Of a stretch of DNA of 64,000 bases, positions 28,906-38,301 are shown piece by piece; within the stretch, counting starts at the first letter, position 1; the number at the start of each line of letters is the position of its first letter. The DNA lies in contig JANTFT010000002.1 in the NCBI GenBank assembly GCA_024763275.1, positions 6,002-70,001 of the forward strand. The letters are read 5' to 3'. A program made the position numbers and the translations under genes. The notes beneath the pieces are model-generated. The model worked only from the letters and a program-made list of their open reading frames with translations. It was not told the DNA's origin and made no database searches. Source of the stretch: Anaerolineales bacterium. Its GTDB lineage: Bacteria > Chloroflexota > Anaerolineae > Anaerolineales > UBA11858.

Positions 28906-29844
28906 TCAATTCTTGATCTTGGTATTGGATATCGGGGTAGTGATATCCGGTTGCTTTTCAAAACCCTGCACCGCAAAGGTTTGCTTGGCAATATAGTGGA
29001 CAGCCATTTTCTTTACCAGGGCGAGCTGATTTTCGCCTGGCTGGGCACCCAGACGCTCCAGCGCAGAGACCAGCCCTTGCTGATAAGACCGCACCCGGAC
29101 GTACACTTCCCGGGTATTCCGGTAGGGTAAATGGAACAGCAGGGCGCTGATGTATTCATCAATCAGGGGCAGAGTTGGATCCAGGGTAATATCGAGCAGG
29201 ATGCCCTGGGGTCCAAACTGGGTGAGCGCCATGCCGACCAGCTGGCCGCTGTGCCAGCTGACCATGCCCTGCGCATCAGGGAAAATCGGAGGAGGTTCAA
29301 CGTGCTGGATCTGCCCGGGCAGGACTCGCTGGCACAGGGATTGGGCCAGCTGATTATCACCCCGGGCAGCTGGGATCCAGGATCGCTGTCCGGAGCCGTA
29401 GGGAACCTGGCGGGGCAGCTTCCAGATCTGCTGCTCCGCATAGGACCGGAACCCACAGCCGGTAAGAATCTGCTCTGCCAGGGAATTCCGGGGGGCTTCT
29501 GCCAGGATCTGGATGGCGCCCCGTTCCGCTGCTGCACTTGCCAGATGGGAGATCAAGGGGCTGAAATCACGCTCGGTTCCCGAATCTCGCGGGGCCAGAA
29601 AAGCGATTCTGGCAGAGAGGTTCTTACGAGCCAGGGTGATCTGACCGAGCAGCATTGGCCAGTGATCCCCTTTCAGAGGATCGACAGCTGCGTAAAACTC
29701 ACTAGCGGGAAAGAGGATTGACAGCAAAGAGCTGGAATACAACCCCGGATTGTAAACAAGCCGCAGGGAATTATCCAGGATCATCCTCTGGTCCTGATAG
29801 CGATGTAAACCTTTCAAATCCTGCCAGGTAAGCTTTCGCGCCAT
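28906..29844 (-). CDS. Hypothetical protein, possibly a double GNAT-like fold
   Basis: The ORF has good coding appearance. The ATG at 29842-29844 (MARKLTW) fits the gap after pdxT. I recognised no firm motif. Confidence 0.4.
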   Translation of the reverse strand: MARKLTWQDLKGLHRYQDQRMILDNSLRLVYNPGLYSSSLLSILFPASEFYAAVDPLKGDHWPMLLGQITLARKNLSARIAFLAPRDSGTERDFSPLISHLASAAAERGAIQILAEAPRNSLAEQILTGCGFRSYAEQQIWKLPRQVPYGSGQRSWIPAARGDNQLAQSLCQRVLPGQIQHVEPPPIFPDAQGMVSWHSGQLVGMALTQFGPQGILLDITLDPTLPLIDEYISALLFHLPYRNTREVYVRVRSYQQGLVSALERLGAQPGENQLALVKKMAVHYIAKQTFAVQGFEKQPDITTPISNTKIKN

Positions 29845-29857
29845 AATCTCTCGGGGT

Positions 29858-30496
29858 TCAGCTGGCCAGTTTCTCAATCACCATGTTAATGAAGTACCTG
29901 TGCACCCGGTCGTCATCGGTCAGTTCGGGGTGGAATGCGGTGGCCAGCAGGTGTCCCTGCCGGGCAGCGACTATCCTCCCGTCTGGCAGTGATGCCAGGA
30001 CTTTTGCCTTACCACTTACAGAATCGATCAACGGGGCCCGGATGAAAACGCCATGGAAGGGAGCGTCCTCATTTGAAACTTCCTTCAGGGCAGGGATTTC
30101 CAGATCGATTTCGAAACTGGCGATCTGCCTGCCAAAGGCATTCCGTTCAACGGTGATATCCATTAATTCCAGCAGGGGCTGATCCCGCCGGGCGTCTTTA
30201 GAGAGCAGAATTGCTCCGGCACAGGTGCCCCAGATGGCTCTCTCTTTCCCGAACTCACGCAATGGTTCCAGCAATCCAAAATCGACCGCTAGCTTGCCGA
30301 TCGTGGTCGATTCCCCCCCAGGTATGATCAGGCCATCCAGGTTCTCCAGCTGCTCCGGCAGCCGGACCTCACGGACATCCACCCCAATCTGCCGGAGCAT
30401 TTTCAGGTGCTCGAGGAAAGAGCCCTGCAATGCCAGCACACCCACCATCAGTTGGCCAGACTCAAAATCAGGGTGGGGTTGTCCTGTTTTCATCAA
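29858..30496 (-). CDS. pdxT: Pyridoxal 5'-phosphate synthase, glutaminase subunit PdxT
   Basis: VGVLALQGSF...IIPGGESTT...GTCAG...FHPE. Confidence 0.92.
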   Translation of the reverse strand: MMKTGQPHPDFESGQLMVGVLALQGSFLEHLKMLRQIGVDVREVRLPEQLENLDGLIIPGGESTTIGKLAVDFGLLEPLREFGKERAIWGTCAGAILLSKDARRDQPLLELMDITVERNAFGRQIASFEIDLEIPALKEVSNEDAPFHGVFIRAPLIDSVSGKAKVLASLPDGRIVAARQGHLLATAFHPELTDDDRVHRYFINMVIEKLAS

Positions 30497-30520
30497 CGCT
30501 CTGTGCCCATCCCGCCTGAC

Positions 30521-31408
30521 TTACCAGCCCCGTTCTGCCAGACGTTCGTTCTCCGCCAGATCCATAACATTGCGGCCGACCATGGGCTCACCCAGATTCC
30601 GGCTGACCTCAGCCAGGATTTGCGGGTTGTCATAATGGGCCACGGCTTTGACGATCGCCGCTGCCCGCTTGGCTGGATCACCTGATTTAAAGATGCCCGA
30701 ACCAACGAAAACGCCATCCACTCCCAGCTGCATCATCAGTGCGGCATCTGCTGGAGTGGCGATTCCTCCGGCCGCAAAATTCACTACTGGCAGGCGTCCC
30801 AGCTGGCGGGTTTCCATTACCAGTTCATAGGGCGCACCAATATTCTTGGCGAAGGTCATCAGCTCTTCTTCCGGCATATTTACCAGCTGGTTGATCTCGC
30901 CCAGCACGGTCCGGGCATGACGGACAGCTTCCACCACGTCGCCGGTTCCGGCTTCTCCCTTGGTGCGGATCATGGCAGCTCCCTCGCCAATGCGCCGCAG
31001 GGCTTCTCCTAAATTTCTACAGCCGCAGACAAATGGCGTCTTAAAGGCATGCTTGTTGATATGGTATTCCTCATCAGCCGGGGTCAAAACCTCGGACTCG
31101 TCAATATAATCAACTTCCAGGGCCTCCAGAATCTGGGCTTCCACAAAGTGTCCAATGCGGGCCTTGGCCATCACCGGTATGGACACACTTTCCATGATCT
31201 GGATAATCAGCTCAGGATCGCTCATGCGGGCAACGCCGCCATCCGCGCGGATATCCGCAGGGACCCGTTCCAGGGCCATGACTGCCACCGCACCTGCATC
31301 TTCAGCTATCTTGGCGTGCTCAGCAGTGACCACATCCATGATCACGCCACCTTTTAACATCTGAGCCAAGCCTTTTTTCGTTTTGAATGTACTAACCTGG
31401 GATTCCAT
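30521..31408 (-). CDS. pdxS: Pyridoxal 5'-phosphate synthase, lyase subunit PdxS
   Basis: The ATG at 31406-31408 follows AGGAGG. The protein reads [38 protein letters not shown]. Confidence 0.95.
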   Translation of the reverse strand: MESQVSTFKTKKGLAQMLKGGVIMDVVTAEHAKIAEDAGAVAVMALERVPADIRADGGVARMSDPELIIQIMESVSIPVMAKARIGHFVEAQILEALEVDYIDESEVLTPADEEYHINKHAFKTPFVCGCRNLGEALRRIGEGAAMIRTKGEAGTGDVVEAVRHARTVLGEINQLVNMPEEELMTFAKNIGAPYELVMETRQLGRLPVVNFAAGGIATPADAALMMQLGVDGVFVGSGIFKSGDPAKRAAAIVKAVAHYDNPQILAEVSRNLGEPMVGRNVMDLAENERLAERGW

Positions 31409-31534
31409 CTTACCCGACCTCCTACCTGGGAGCTCACTCCAGGAAATCAGCTCCGGTGAGCTCATTTTCCATGCCAAAACCCATCCAAACACCTTCCATT
31501 TCTGGATGCAGTCAGGCACCTCAATTGCAATTTG

Positions 31535-31543
31535 ATTCTACCA
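31535..31543 (-). promoter_or_regulatory. Extended -10 element TGGTAGAAT upstream of pdxS
   Basis: The minus strand reads gcgTGGTAGAATc, about 125 nt upstream of the pdxS ATG. The same nonamer occurs upstream of clpC. Confidence 0.4.
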
Positions 31544-31687
31544 CGCGGGAAATAGCGAGGCAAATTCAAGCAGCGGGATTAACGAAATTTAGACACTGAC
31601 CCCGGCGCATGGTTCAAAGCGAACAGACCTTAGATAACTTCCATCTAGAATATTGAGTATCCTGCCGTCAGCCTAAGGCTGGAATGG

Positions 31688-31963
31688 TCAGCGGGGCATG
31701 ACGTTCAGGCGAATTGCCGTCCGAACGTTGCCGTCAATCTCAACGTCAACAAATTCGGGTATGCTGACAACATCATAGCCATCCTCAGCCAGGTAATTGC
31801 GCGCCAGAGCCAGGGCCTTAACGGCCTGATTCACTGCACTGGCTCCTATTGCCTGGACGTTGACAAACTGCCGCTCGCGAAAAATGCCTGCTATAGCCCC
31901 CGCTACGGCTGAGGTCCGGGACGTCGCTGAAACTTTGATGATATCCACATTGTCGGTATCCAT
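31688..31963 (-). CDS. spoVS: SpoVS family protein (stage V sporulation protein S-like)
   Basis: 91 aa: IKVSATSRTSAVAGAIAG...VQAIGASAVNQAVKALA.AR. Confidence 0.9.
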   Translation of the reverse strand: MDTDNVDIIKVSATSRTSAVAGAIAGIFRERQFVNVQAIGASAVNQAVKALALARNYLAEDGYDVVSIPEFVDVEIDGNVRTAIRLNVMPR

Positions 31964-32098
31964 GATATGCTCCCTGGATTAAAACCTAGGCCAAATCTAG
32001 GGTAATGCCTATTCACTTGGGTGATTCCATTGTACAAAATGCCAGAGCATAAATCAAGAACCGGTGTTCCCGGGGTGAAAAGAGACAATTTTAAAGAC

Positions 32099-32142
32099 AT
32101 GTAACATAAGTTACATATCTTTGTTGCAGCCTGGGGTAGAAT
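32099..32142 (+). promoter_or_regulatory. Class II-type promoter: palindrome ATGTAAC-ATAA-GTTACAT (CRP-like TGTAA-N6-TTACA) plus TAGAAT -10
   Basis: A perfect 7-bp inverted repeat lies at 32099-32116, centred at 32107.5. TAGAAT starts at 32137, which is 29.5 nt from the centre (geometry equivalent to -41.5). Confidence 0.45.
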
Positions 32143-32209
32143 ACAGACAGTCTGAACCCGGTGCGATTTGACCCGCCCCGGTAGTGAGTCTTTCCCAGGA
32201 AGGTGCCAA

Positions 32210-32533
32210 ATGTCAGAAGAAACCCTTTACATCGAAGATCTGGAAGGGCTGATCGATGTTTTTCCCCCTGACAGCATTCTCAGCAGGACGGTTTACCAGG
32301 ACGAGAGCCTGAAGACCATTCTGTTTGGCTTTCAGCCCGGCCAGGAATTATCTGAACACACTGCCTCGGTGCCTGCCATACTGCATTTTATCAAAGGCCA
32401 GGCAGAGGTGGTCCTGGGGGATGAACACCAGATTGCCCGGCGCGGGACCTGGATCCACCTCCCCGCCAATCTATCGCACAGCATCCTGGCTCAGGATAAC
32501 ACCTTGATGCTGCTGACCTTGATTACCAGATAA
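32210..32533 (+). CDS. Cupin domain protein
   Basis: The ATG at 32210 follows AGGAAGG. G.ELSEHTA....H...G and G.W.H.P....H are cupin motifs. Confidence 0.7.
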   Translation: MSEETLYIEDLEGLIDVFPPDSILSRTVYQDESLKTILFGFQPGQELSEHTASVPAILHFIKGQAEVVLGDEHQIARRGTWIHLPANLSHSILAQDNTLMLLTLITR

Positions 32534-32544
32534 GTGAGTGATCC

Positions 32545-33309
32545 ATGGAAATATTAGCGGTTATCAGCGGAGAATACGGCAAGCGGCACGTTGAGAATAT
32601 CACCGCCAACGGGCCTTCCAGCTGGCAGGTCTCCACCTGGAAAGCACCCCCTGTCTTCCCACCATTCATCGATGATCCAGAGGATTTCCTGCCGGAGGAA
32701 TTTGCCCCGGCGGATCTGATCCTGTCCTTTGCAGAACATAAAGGAGCTGCTGAATTGCTGCCCGATATAGCCCGCCTGACCGGGGCTAAAGCAGTGTTAG
32801 TAGCCGTCGACGACGAAGCCTGGCTCCCCAGGGGATTGGACCGCCAGCTTCACGGCTGGCTGGATGCTATGAATATTGCCTGCGCCACCCCCAAGCCGCT
32901 TTGCTCGCTTACACCAAGTACCTACGGGGTGACCCGCCACGAACAGGCTGAATATCACAGCCCCCAGATCACAGAATTTGCCACATATTTTGGAAAGCCT
33001 GAACTAAAGCTGGAAATCGACCCTGAGGCCGGTGTCATCACTGCTGTGGAAGTCCAGCGGGATGCGGTCTGTGGCTGCGCCAGGGCTGTCGCCCGGGATC
33101 TGATCGGGGTTTCAGTGAACGATGCGGAGGAAAAATCCGGGCTGCTGCACCACCATTATCCCTGCCTGGCCAGCATGGTGAAACTGCCGCACTTCAACCA
33201 CGATACACTCATGCACGTCTCCGGCCAGCTGCTGAAGAACAATGTCGGGGAGCAGGTGAAGCCTTACAAAACCGTGCGCCAATTTAAACCGGGCAAATAC
33301 TCAGAATAA
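32545..33309 (+). CDS. DUF166-like (COG1810) protein with conserved Cys/His cluster
   Basis: MEILAVISGEYGKRHVENI..., CGCARAV, HHHYPCLASM. The family call is from memory and unverified. Confidence 0.5.
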   Translation: MEILAVISGEYGKRHVENITANGPSSWQVSTWKAPPVFPPFIDDPEDFLPEEFAPADLILSFAEHKGAAELLPDIARLTGAKAVLVAVDDEAWLPRGLDRQLHGWLDAMNIACATPKPLCSLTPSTYGVTRHEQAEYHSPQITEFATYFGKPELKLEIDPEAGVITAVEVQRDAVCGCARAVARDLIGVSVNDAEEKSGLLHHHYPCLASMVKLPHFNHDTLMHVSGQLLKNNVGEQVKPYKTVRQFKPGKYSE

Positions 33310-33312
33310 ATT

Positions 33313-34002
33313 TCAGGGTTTTCCCTTTTCAGCGAATTGTTGAAGTAAATCTGGATCAGCGATCTTGAACTCTGTCCTGTTGATTTGAATCGCGCCTTTG
33401 TCCGCAAAATGGTACAGGTGTCGGCAGACCATCTCCCTGGTCGAGCCGATGCGGGCTGCCATCTCATCCAGTGTCAGATCGCGTGATACGGTAGAGCCCG
33501 GCTGCTCATTAAATTGATCGAGTAGGAGATGGGCCAGGCGGCCGGCAACAGGCTGAAAGGCCAGCTCCTCCAGGATACGGCTTGCCAGCATCATGCGCTC
33601 CGCCATCAACTGGGCCAGGTCCCAGGTGAACTGACCGTTCTCGACCAGGTAGGGCAGCAGCTTTTCCCTGGACCACAGATAGAGCCTGGTCTCCAGGCTG
33701 GCTACCAGCGCCACCGGCATACCAATGCCTTCTTTGAACAAGCCTGCCCCCCAGAACACTTCACTTCTCCCCAGGGTGATAACCACCAGGCTGCGTCCCG
33801 CAGGGGATTCTTTCAAAGCGGTCACCTGTCCCTTTTGAACAAAGAACAGATAAGGCCAATCTGAACCATAATGGGTGATCCACTGACCTTCAGGGTAAGT
33901 CCGGCTGAAACCCAATCGCGTCAGGGCTTCCAGCGCCTGCGGCTCCAGTCCAGAGAATAAGGGATTGCTGGCCAGTTTATCCGAAATATCGTCCATTGTC
34001 AT
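33313..34002 (-). CDS. Crp/Fnr family transcriptional regulator without an FNR-type Cys cluster
   Basis: A cNMP-binding-like beta-barrel is followed by a C-terminal HTH (LTLDEMAARIGSTREMVCRHLYHFADKGAI). Confidence 0.85.
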   Translation of the reverse strand: MTMDDISDKLASNPLFSGLEPQALEALTRLGFSRTYPEGQWITHYGSDWPYLFFVQKGQVTALKESPAGRSLVVITLGRSEVFWGAGLFKEGIGMPVALVASLETRLYLWSREKLLPYLVENGQFTWDLAQLMAERMMLASRILEELAFQPVAGRLAHLLLDQFNEQPGSTVSRDLTLDEMAARIGSTREMVCRHLYHFADKGAIQINRTEFKIADPDLLQQFAEKGKP

Positions 34003-34067
34003 CCAGCCCTGGTAGATCAGGTCCGGCTCCTGACCTGATTATACTCAATCAGCCAGCCATATCAGTA

Positions 34068-34110
34068 TTTGCGTTAAGTCAAAGATAAACTAATGGCATA
34101 ATTCTATAAT
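34068..34110 (+). promoter_or_regulatory. Putative class II promoter: TTTGC-GTTAAG-TCAAA box plus TATAAT
   Basis: The box centre is 34075.5. TATAAT starts at 34105, which is 29.5 nt from the centre. The box matches 7/10 positions of TGTGA-N6-TCACA. Confidence 0.35.
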
Positions 34111-34152
34111 AGTCAACAAATCAGTAATTGCATCCCATCATAGGAGGAAAAT

Positions 34153-34998
34153 ATGCAAGAGACTCCCCAGAAAAATCGCACGGTCATGGCTATCATCGCA
34201 GTGGTAATCGGCTTATTAATGACTTATTTGATCCCATTCCTGATCCAAACCTCCCTGGAACGCGTCCTGGTGAACCTGATGGCTCATATAGAAGCCGGTC
34301 ACCCGACCTTCACCAGCGGGTTAAAGTTGTTTGATTTCTTCTACCCGGTCTGGCGGGCGGTTATCTTTGTGGCCGGCGCTACTTTGATCGTCATATCCGG
34401 GCAGATCCGTAAAGGCGCGGAGTGGACCTACCCGCTGGCAATCGCTTTGTTCGCGCTGCCTTCTATCGGCGGCATGTTCATGTTCCTTCCGTACGTCAGC
34501 TTTGTGGATGGATTCCCCCTGCCCATGACCATTTCCTGGATCGGCCTGACTGGATATTTCAGTTATATATTTCTGCGCAAAGCTGAGCGTTCGGTCAAAT
34601 GGACCCGTTTTGGCGCTCTGACCTTCCTGGGCATGCTCTGCACCCACGGTTTCACCATCGGTGTCGGCGCCCAGCGCACTATGTGGACCCGCCCGGGGCT
34701 TCCCCTCTATCCGGATTTCACCTGGTGGCTGTTCAACTGGGTCGGCGAGGTCAACTGGGTAGCGATCATTCTGGTCTTCGCAGCCATCCCCCTGCTGGCT
34801 GTTGGCAAGCGCAAAGGCTGGTGGTTCGCGGTGACCGGGGCAATTGCCATCCTGATGATCAACATCCCCACCCAGTTCATTCGCACCAAAACTTTGGATT
34901 ACCTCTACGGATCAATCCTGGCAGCCGGGGTGTTGATTTTCACACTGGTCCCATATTTCAAAAAACGCTTATTGGCGGAGGAAAGCACCCCTGAATAA
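34153..34998 (+). CDS. Polytopic membrane protein of unknown function (~8 TM)
   Basis: The SD is AGGAGG. The 281-aa protein is hydrophobic throughout. I recognised no family. Confidence 0.75.
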   Translation: MQETPQKNRTVMAIIAVVIGLLMTYLIPFLIQTSLERVLVNLMAHIEAGHPTFTSGLKLFDFFYPVWRAVIFVAGATLIVISGQIRKGAEWTYPLAIALFALPSIGGMFMFLPYVSFVDGFPLPMTISWIGLTGYFSYIFLRKAERSVKWTRFGALTFLGMLCTHGFTIGVGAQRTMWTRPGLPLYPDFTWWLFNWVGEVNWVAIILVFAAIPLLAVGKRKGWWFAVTGAIAILMINIPTQFIRTKTLDYLYGSILAAGVLIFTLVPYFKKRLLAEESTPE

Positions 34999-35092
34999 AT
35001 CGTACCTTCACCCCTGGCAATGAAACCTGGCGCAGCCACCTGTTGCACATTGGACAGTGCTGCGCCGCCTTTAATTCGAAAAGGAGTACCGG

Positions 35093-35893
35093 ATGAAATC
35101 ACTTAAGAACAATCACAAAGTTGGTGTCGTACTATCTGTGCTCGGCATCCTGGTCGGTTTCCTGGCGCTTTATCTCATCGCCGCAACCTACATGCCGGTT
35201 GTGGAAGGAAAAATCCTCGATGGGCGCCCGGACGAAGCCATCACGGTCAGGATCGTCTATGCCTTGATGGGTTGGATCGGTATGGCAGGGGGAGCTGCCT
35301 GGGCTACGGCGCTGTATGGATTTGCCGCTAAAAAAGAATGGGCCTGGGGGTTGGGGGTCGCGGCCGCAACTGCCCAGATCCTGTCTGGATTCTTCCCAAT
35401 GATCCCCTCTGCCAGCATCAGTCTGCCAACCCCCACGATCTGGGTCTTTCTGGCAGCGTTTGTGCTCTGGTTTGGGATGCTCTTGATCGGGGGAGTGAAC
35501 TCCAAAATCATCACCCTGGCGTTCGTTTCAGGATTGGCCTATGTGATGACCTTCATTGATGGGGTAGGTGCCATCTCGCGCTATCAAACTGTCAAAGAGT
35601 CCTTCCCCGTCGGCATGTACGCTGTGGGACAGATGGTCAACTGGTGGGCCGGGGCTGCCTGGGCCGTGTTCATCTTCGCCCTTGTGAAGGGCAAGTCATG
35701 GACGATACCGATGGGTGTATTTGCGGCCTCGCTGGCTGTCTTTGGCGGGTTGCCTGTTGGCGTTACAGACGTCATTCGCCTGGGTCGTTTTTCGATGTTC
35801 CTGCCTGGCCCAGGCCTCAGCGCGATCATGCTGGTGGTCATCCTCCTGCCGGGCACCCAGAAGACCATCAAGGGATGGATTGCGGAGAATTAA
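35093..35893 (+). CDS. Polytopic membrane protein of unknown function (~8 TM), distantly similar to the preceding protein
   Basis: The SD is AAGGAG. The protein is 266 aa. It shares the recurring TM-K(G/K)xxW-TM pattern with 34153..34998. Confidence 0.75.
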   Translation: MKSLKNNHKVGVVLSVLGILVGFLALYLIAATYMPVVEGKILDGRPDEAITVRIVYALMGWIGMAGGAAWATALYGFAAKKEWAWGLGVAAATAQILSGFFPMIPSASISLPTPTIWVFLAAFVLWFGMLLIGGVNSKIITLAFVSGLAYVMTFIDGVGAISRYQTVKESFPVGMYAVGQMVNWWAGAAWAVFIFALVKGKSWTIPMGVFAASLAVFGGLPVGVTDVIRLGRFSMFLPGPGLSAIMLVVILLPGTQKTIKGWIAEN

Positions 35894-35903
35894 TTACCTG
35901 CAG

Positions 35904-36146
35904 ATGAAAATCAGTCCTGATCAATACCCGATTATCATCATCGCTGCCCTGGTAATCTTTGTCATCCTGGGGTTAGCATTGGGTTTCCGCCCCCAGCACA
36001 CAGCTGGTTCACATGGTTTTTCACCAAGTCATCCCGGGATATTGACACCGGCATCCAGTTTACGCTTTTCTGATCCTGCAGGCACCATGTTCTTGAAAGA
36101 AAGTGAGCCCCAGCACAGGTGCCTGGAGGATCTCAGTAAGATTTAA
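35904..36146 (+). CDS. Small single-pass membrane protein (80 aa), hypothetical
   Basis: An internal ATG of the track ORF 35715..36146. MKISPDQYPIIIIAALVIFVILGLALGF is a TM helix. It fits the 10-nt gap after the previous stop. Confidence 0.4.
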   Translation: MKISPDQYPIIIIAALVIFVILGLALGFRPQHTAGSHGFSPSHPGILTPASSLRFSDPAGTMFLKESEPQHRCLEDLSKI

Positions 36147-36157
36147 CTTAATACCTC

Positions 36158-36988
36158 ATGCCTGCGAGAGACACCCCCGCTAACATTAATTCCTCAGCTC
36201 TTTCTGTTCGTTCGATTCTGCAGATTATCTTTCTCGTGATAACTGTCTTGATTGGAATCCGCCATATCCTGCCGAGTGAAAGTCCGAAAGGAGGGGCGTT
36301 TGATGCATTCTGCCCCTTTGGAGGAATTGAAACTCTCTGGTCTTATCTGACCTCTGGACAAACGTTAGTTACGACTTCTCTGTTGAACTTTTCTATTCTG
36401 CTGGGGGTATTGGGAGTCGCTTTATTGTCAGGCCGGGCATTTTGCGGATGGATGTGCCCCCTAGGGTCACTTCAGGATTTCCTGGTAAAGTTTTCTGAAA
36501 GGATTTTTAGATCCCAGAAATCCAGGAGCCGCTTCCACCTCCCTTACCATGTGACCAGCAAGAACGACGCCTGGCTGCGATACACCAAGTATCTAATCCT
36601 CGGAATCGTCCTCCTCGCCAGCGTCCGGGCAGTCTATCCACCTCTCCAGGAAATTTGTCCTGTGCGGGCCATCTTTGGTTTTCAAATAACCTCCCCCCTT
36701 CTCATCAGCGTGGTGCTTATTTTTGTGATCACTTCGGTTTTGAACAGGCGCTTCTGGTGCAAATATCTCTGCCCACTGGGAGCTGTTCTGGCTCCTTTTA
36801 ATAAGATTTCTCCCTTACGACTTGTCCTCAACCAGGAGAGCTGCCCAAGCTGCCGGCTCTGTGAACCCACCTGCCCGATGGATATCGAGGACCTCACCCA
36901 CAATCTGCGCAGCCCGGAATGCATCCAGTGTCTGGAGTGCCAGGAAGCCTGCCAGGAGAGTGAGGCCCTTGAACTGCGGCTTTTTTGA
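36158..36988 (+). CDS. Membrane-bound polyferredoxin, NapH/MauN/NosR-like 4Fe-4S binding protein
   Basis: CPFGG, CGWMCPLG and WCKYLCPLG in the TM part. The C-terminal part has CPSCRLCEPTCP and CIQCLECQEAC. Confidence 0.75.
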   Translation: MPARDTPANINSSALSVRSILQIIFLVITVLIGIRHILPSESPKGGAFDAFCPFGGIETLWSYLTSGQTLVTTSLLNFSILLGVLGVALLSGRAFCGWMCPLGSLQDFLVKFSERIFRSQKSRSRFHLPYHVTSKNDAWLRYTKYLILGIVLLASVRAVYPPLQEICPVRAIFGFQITSPLLISVVLIFVITSVLNRRFWCKYLCPLGAVLAPFNKISPLRLVLNQESCPSCRLCEPTCPMDIEDLTHNLRSPECIQCLECQEACQESEALELRLF

Positions 36989-37010
36989 GATTATAGCTTT
37001 TTAGGTGAAA

Positions 37011-37048
37011 ACACAAAAAACGGAGCCGGGCGGCTCCGTTTTTTGTGT
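37011..37048. terminator. Symmetric bidirectional terminator
   Basis: ACACAAAAAA-CGGAGCC-gggc-GGCTCCG-TTTTTTGTGT, between convergent operons. Confidence 0.85.
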
Positions 37049-37059
37049 TCGTGATTGGT

Positions 37060-37611
37060 TTAACGACCTCGTCTTCCACTCCATAATGGACGCCCGGAAT
37101 TCTCCCGGACTTGCAGAAAAGCCCCTGTAGTCAGGTCCTGGATGAGCGCTAGCTCAAACTCATCGTCTTCATAAAAGCCTGATAGCTCCACCTGGTCCCC
37201 GATCGATATCAATATGTCCGATTCGGAGATAAAGAGCCAGGTCCGCCCGGTGATTTCCAGGTTTTCTGCCTGGCCCGTTTCGATCCAGAGGGATTCAGCA
37301 TCCAAATTGGACACAACTCCAGCCAGGCTGATCCAATCATGCTCCTGATCTTCTGCAAGGTTAACCTCATCTCCACTCCCGGAGGAGCTGCCGTTCCTGC
37401 CAGATCCTTCACCAGCACGACCTCTACTTTCTTCTCCGTTCCTTGACCAGCCGCCGCCCCCTCCTTCCTGACCGAGAGATTCATCCTCAAGCCTTCCTTC
37501 CGGCTGGAATTTATTTCCTTGCGTTTTAGCTTCGGTCCGGATCACTGCCCCATAGATCAACAACCCCACCACGCCAGCATAAATCGACCAGATTAAGATT
37601 TTCTTAAACAT
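37060..37611 (-). CDS. Membrane-anchored exported protein with a Gly/Ser/Arg-rich linker and an OB-like C-terminal domain, hypothetical
   Basis: N-terminal TM helix (ILIWSIYAGVVGLLIYGAVI), a GGGGGWSRNGEESRGRAGEGSGRNGSSSGSG linker, then a beta-rich domain. Function unknown. Confidence 0.6.
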   Translation of the reverse strand: MFKKILIWSIYAGVVGLLIYGAVIRTEAKTQGNKFQPEGRLEDESLGQEGGGGGWSRNGEESRGRAGEGSGRNGSSSGSGDEVNLAEDQEHDWISLAGVVSNLDAESLWIETGQAENLEITGRTWLFISESDILISIGDQVELSGFYEDDEFELALIQDLTTGAFLQVRENSGRPLWSGRRGR

Positions 37612-37644
37612 TTTTCACCTCTAGGGTACTAATTTTTAATTGAT

Positions 37645-38301
37645 TCAGGATACTTTTTCAAGCGGCACCCGAACAGGATCTGGAAGACGGCCCTTCCCGT
37701 TTCTAAAAGCCCTTGTCTGGAAAGCTCCCCAGTATTTACTCAAGACCTTGGTCACCCACCGCCAATGAATGACAAAATGCAGGATAGCCACAGCAGTCGC
37801 CACTACGCCTGACCAGGTATGGATCATATCCCAAGCGAGCTGGGTGAAAATCCAGCCGTCCGCCCCTACCGGTACCAACGCTGGCTCAAACAAGAAATAC
37901 AGGCCGCTGAGTCCGCAGACCAGGCCGCTTAACCCGAGCAGGACATTGACAAACAGGTTGAACTGGCTGAATTTATTTAATTTACTTTTACCAAACAACC
38001 TCTTCAGGCCGCTGCGGGTCATTCTGGTGATCCAGCTCCAATGGATGGGAACATGCAGGGCAACCAGGGCCAGGATGATTACGCTGGTCCAGGCGTGAAG
38101 ATCGCTCCAGGTATGGCGTTCAAAGAATATGCGCACGCCGAAAGCGGGATTCCTCCCCCCCTGGTATCCTCCTACCGGCAAGAACAGGAAATATATTCCA
38201 GATAGGACGGAAGCCAGACCTGCCATCAGGATGGATATGTCCAGCAGAAAATTGTTCCGGGTCTGGATTGAAAACACTCTTGGTTTATCTTTTTCAGTCA
38301 T
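37645..38301 (-). CDS. DUF4405-like four-helix membrane protein (putative di-heme b-type cytochrome)
   Basis: It has an internal duplication: HTWSDLHAWTSVIILALVALHVPIHWSW versus IHTWSGVVATAVAILHFVIHWRW. His pairs lie in the TM helices. Confidence 0.6.
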   Translation of the reverse strand: MTEKDKPRVFSIQTRNNFLLDISILMAGLASVLSGIYFLFLPVGGYQGGRNPAFGVRIFFERHTWSDLHAWTSVIILALVALHVPIHWSWITRMTRSGLKRLFGKSKLNKFSQFNLFVNVLLGLSGLVCGLSGLYFLFEPALVPVGADGWIFTQLAWDMIHTWSGVVATAVAILHFVIHWRWVTKVLSKYWGAFQTRAFRNGKGRLPDPVRVPLEKVS

